Below, one piece after another: positions 63,605-64,000 of a stretch of DNA of 64,000 nucleotides; within the stretch, counting starts at the first letter, position 1; every line of letters begins with the position of its first letter. A model generated the notes under the pieces. The model saw only the letters and a list, made by a program, of their open reading frames with translations. It was not told the origin of the DNA and did no database searches. Source of the stretch: Chrysomallon squamiferum (lineage: Eukaryota; Animalia; Mollusca); NCBI GenBank assembly GCA_012295275.1, contig CM022666.1:15004001-15068000 (forward strand). The letters run 5' to 3'. The translations under genes and the position numbers were made by a program.

Positions 63605-64000
63605 TTTCAAATTTTGAATGGGTAAGAAAATTCCTTTATTCTTCCATATGTGTTTTAGATATTGCTCCATATGGATTTTTCAGGATCGCTGATATTTCCC
63701 ATCTAATGAAAATTGCATATAAATAACTCATTGCCTTTCATAAGTAAGATGTAGCCCATGTTTCTCTCTTTACATCTAGTAACCATTAATACTAAAAGAA
63801 GTAAAATGTATTTTTCATCCATATAATTTTTTTTCCCTATCTTTTATAAAATACTTTTTTTATTCAAATGTTTTTTTTTTTTAATAGAAATTGATGAATT
63901 TCGAAATGTGGTTGGGAACAACAATGCAATAAAGCTGATCACCGCCAGTCGCAGCATGGACATGGTCATGCATCGACAGGTGATGAAAGAGTGTTTCCAT
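61563..64000 (+). CDS. MPI: Mannose-6-phosphate isomerase (type I PMI), 5' part; continues beyond the right edge
   Basis: Exons 61563-61581, 62318-62445, 62845-63045, 63192-63333 and 63888->64000, phases consistent. Motifs: [64 protein letters not shown]. Confidence 0.95.

Overview
AT-rich, intron-rich animal genomic DNA, probably from an invertebrate such as a lophotrochozoan (inferred from composition and protein style). It is not prokaryotic, so most ORF-track entries are microsatellite or antisense artefacts. Five protein-coding genes were reconstructed by hand from GT-AG splice sites with consistent phases. (1) The 5' part of calpain-5/tra-3 (-, runs off the left end). (2) A single-exon 1281-aa RBM15/Spenito-like gene (-) with an unusual (RRM1-RRM2)x3-RRM3 layout and no SPOC domain. 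(3) A 24-exon, ~1394-aa EMSY (+) whose reading frame runs from the ENT domain into a C-terminal bromodomain. (4) A 12-exon, ~659-aa ENOX1/2 (-). (5) The 5' part of mannose-6-phosphate isomerase (+, runs off the right end). Other points of interest are a possible nested antisense coding end inside a calpain-5 intron, several intronic tandem repeats that copy real splice sites, a small TA-flanked MITE, a long hairpin and many micro/minisatellites. No rRNA, tRNA or CRISPR features were recognised.
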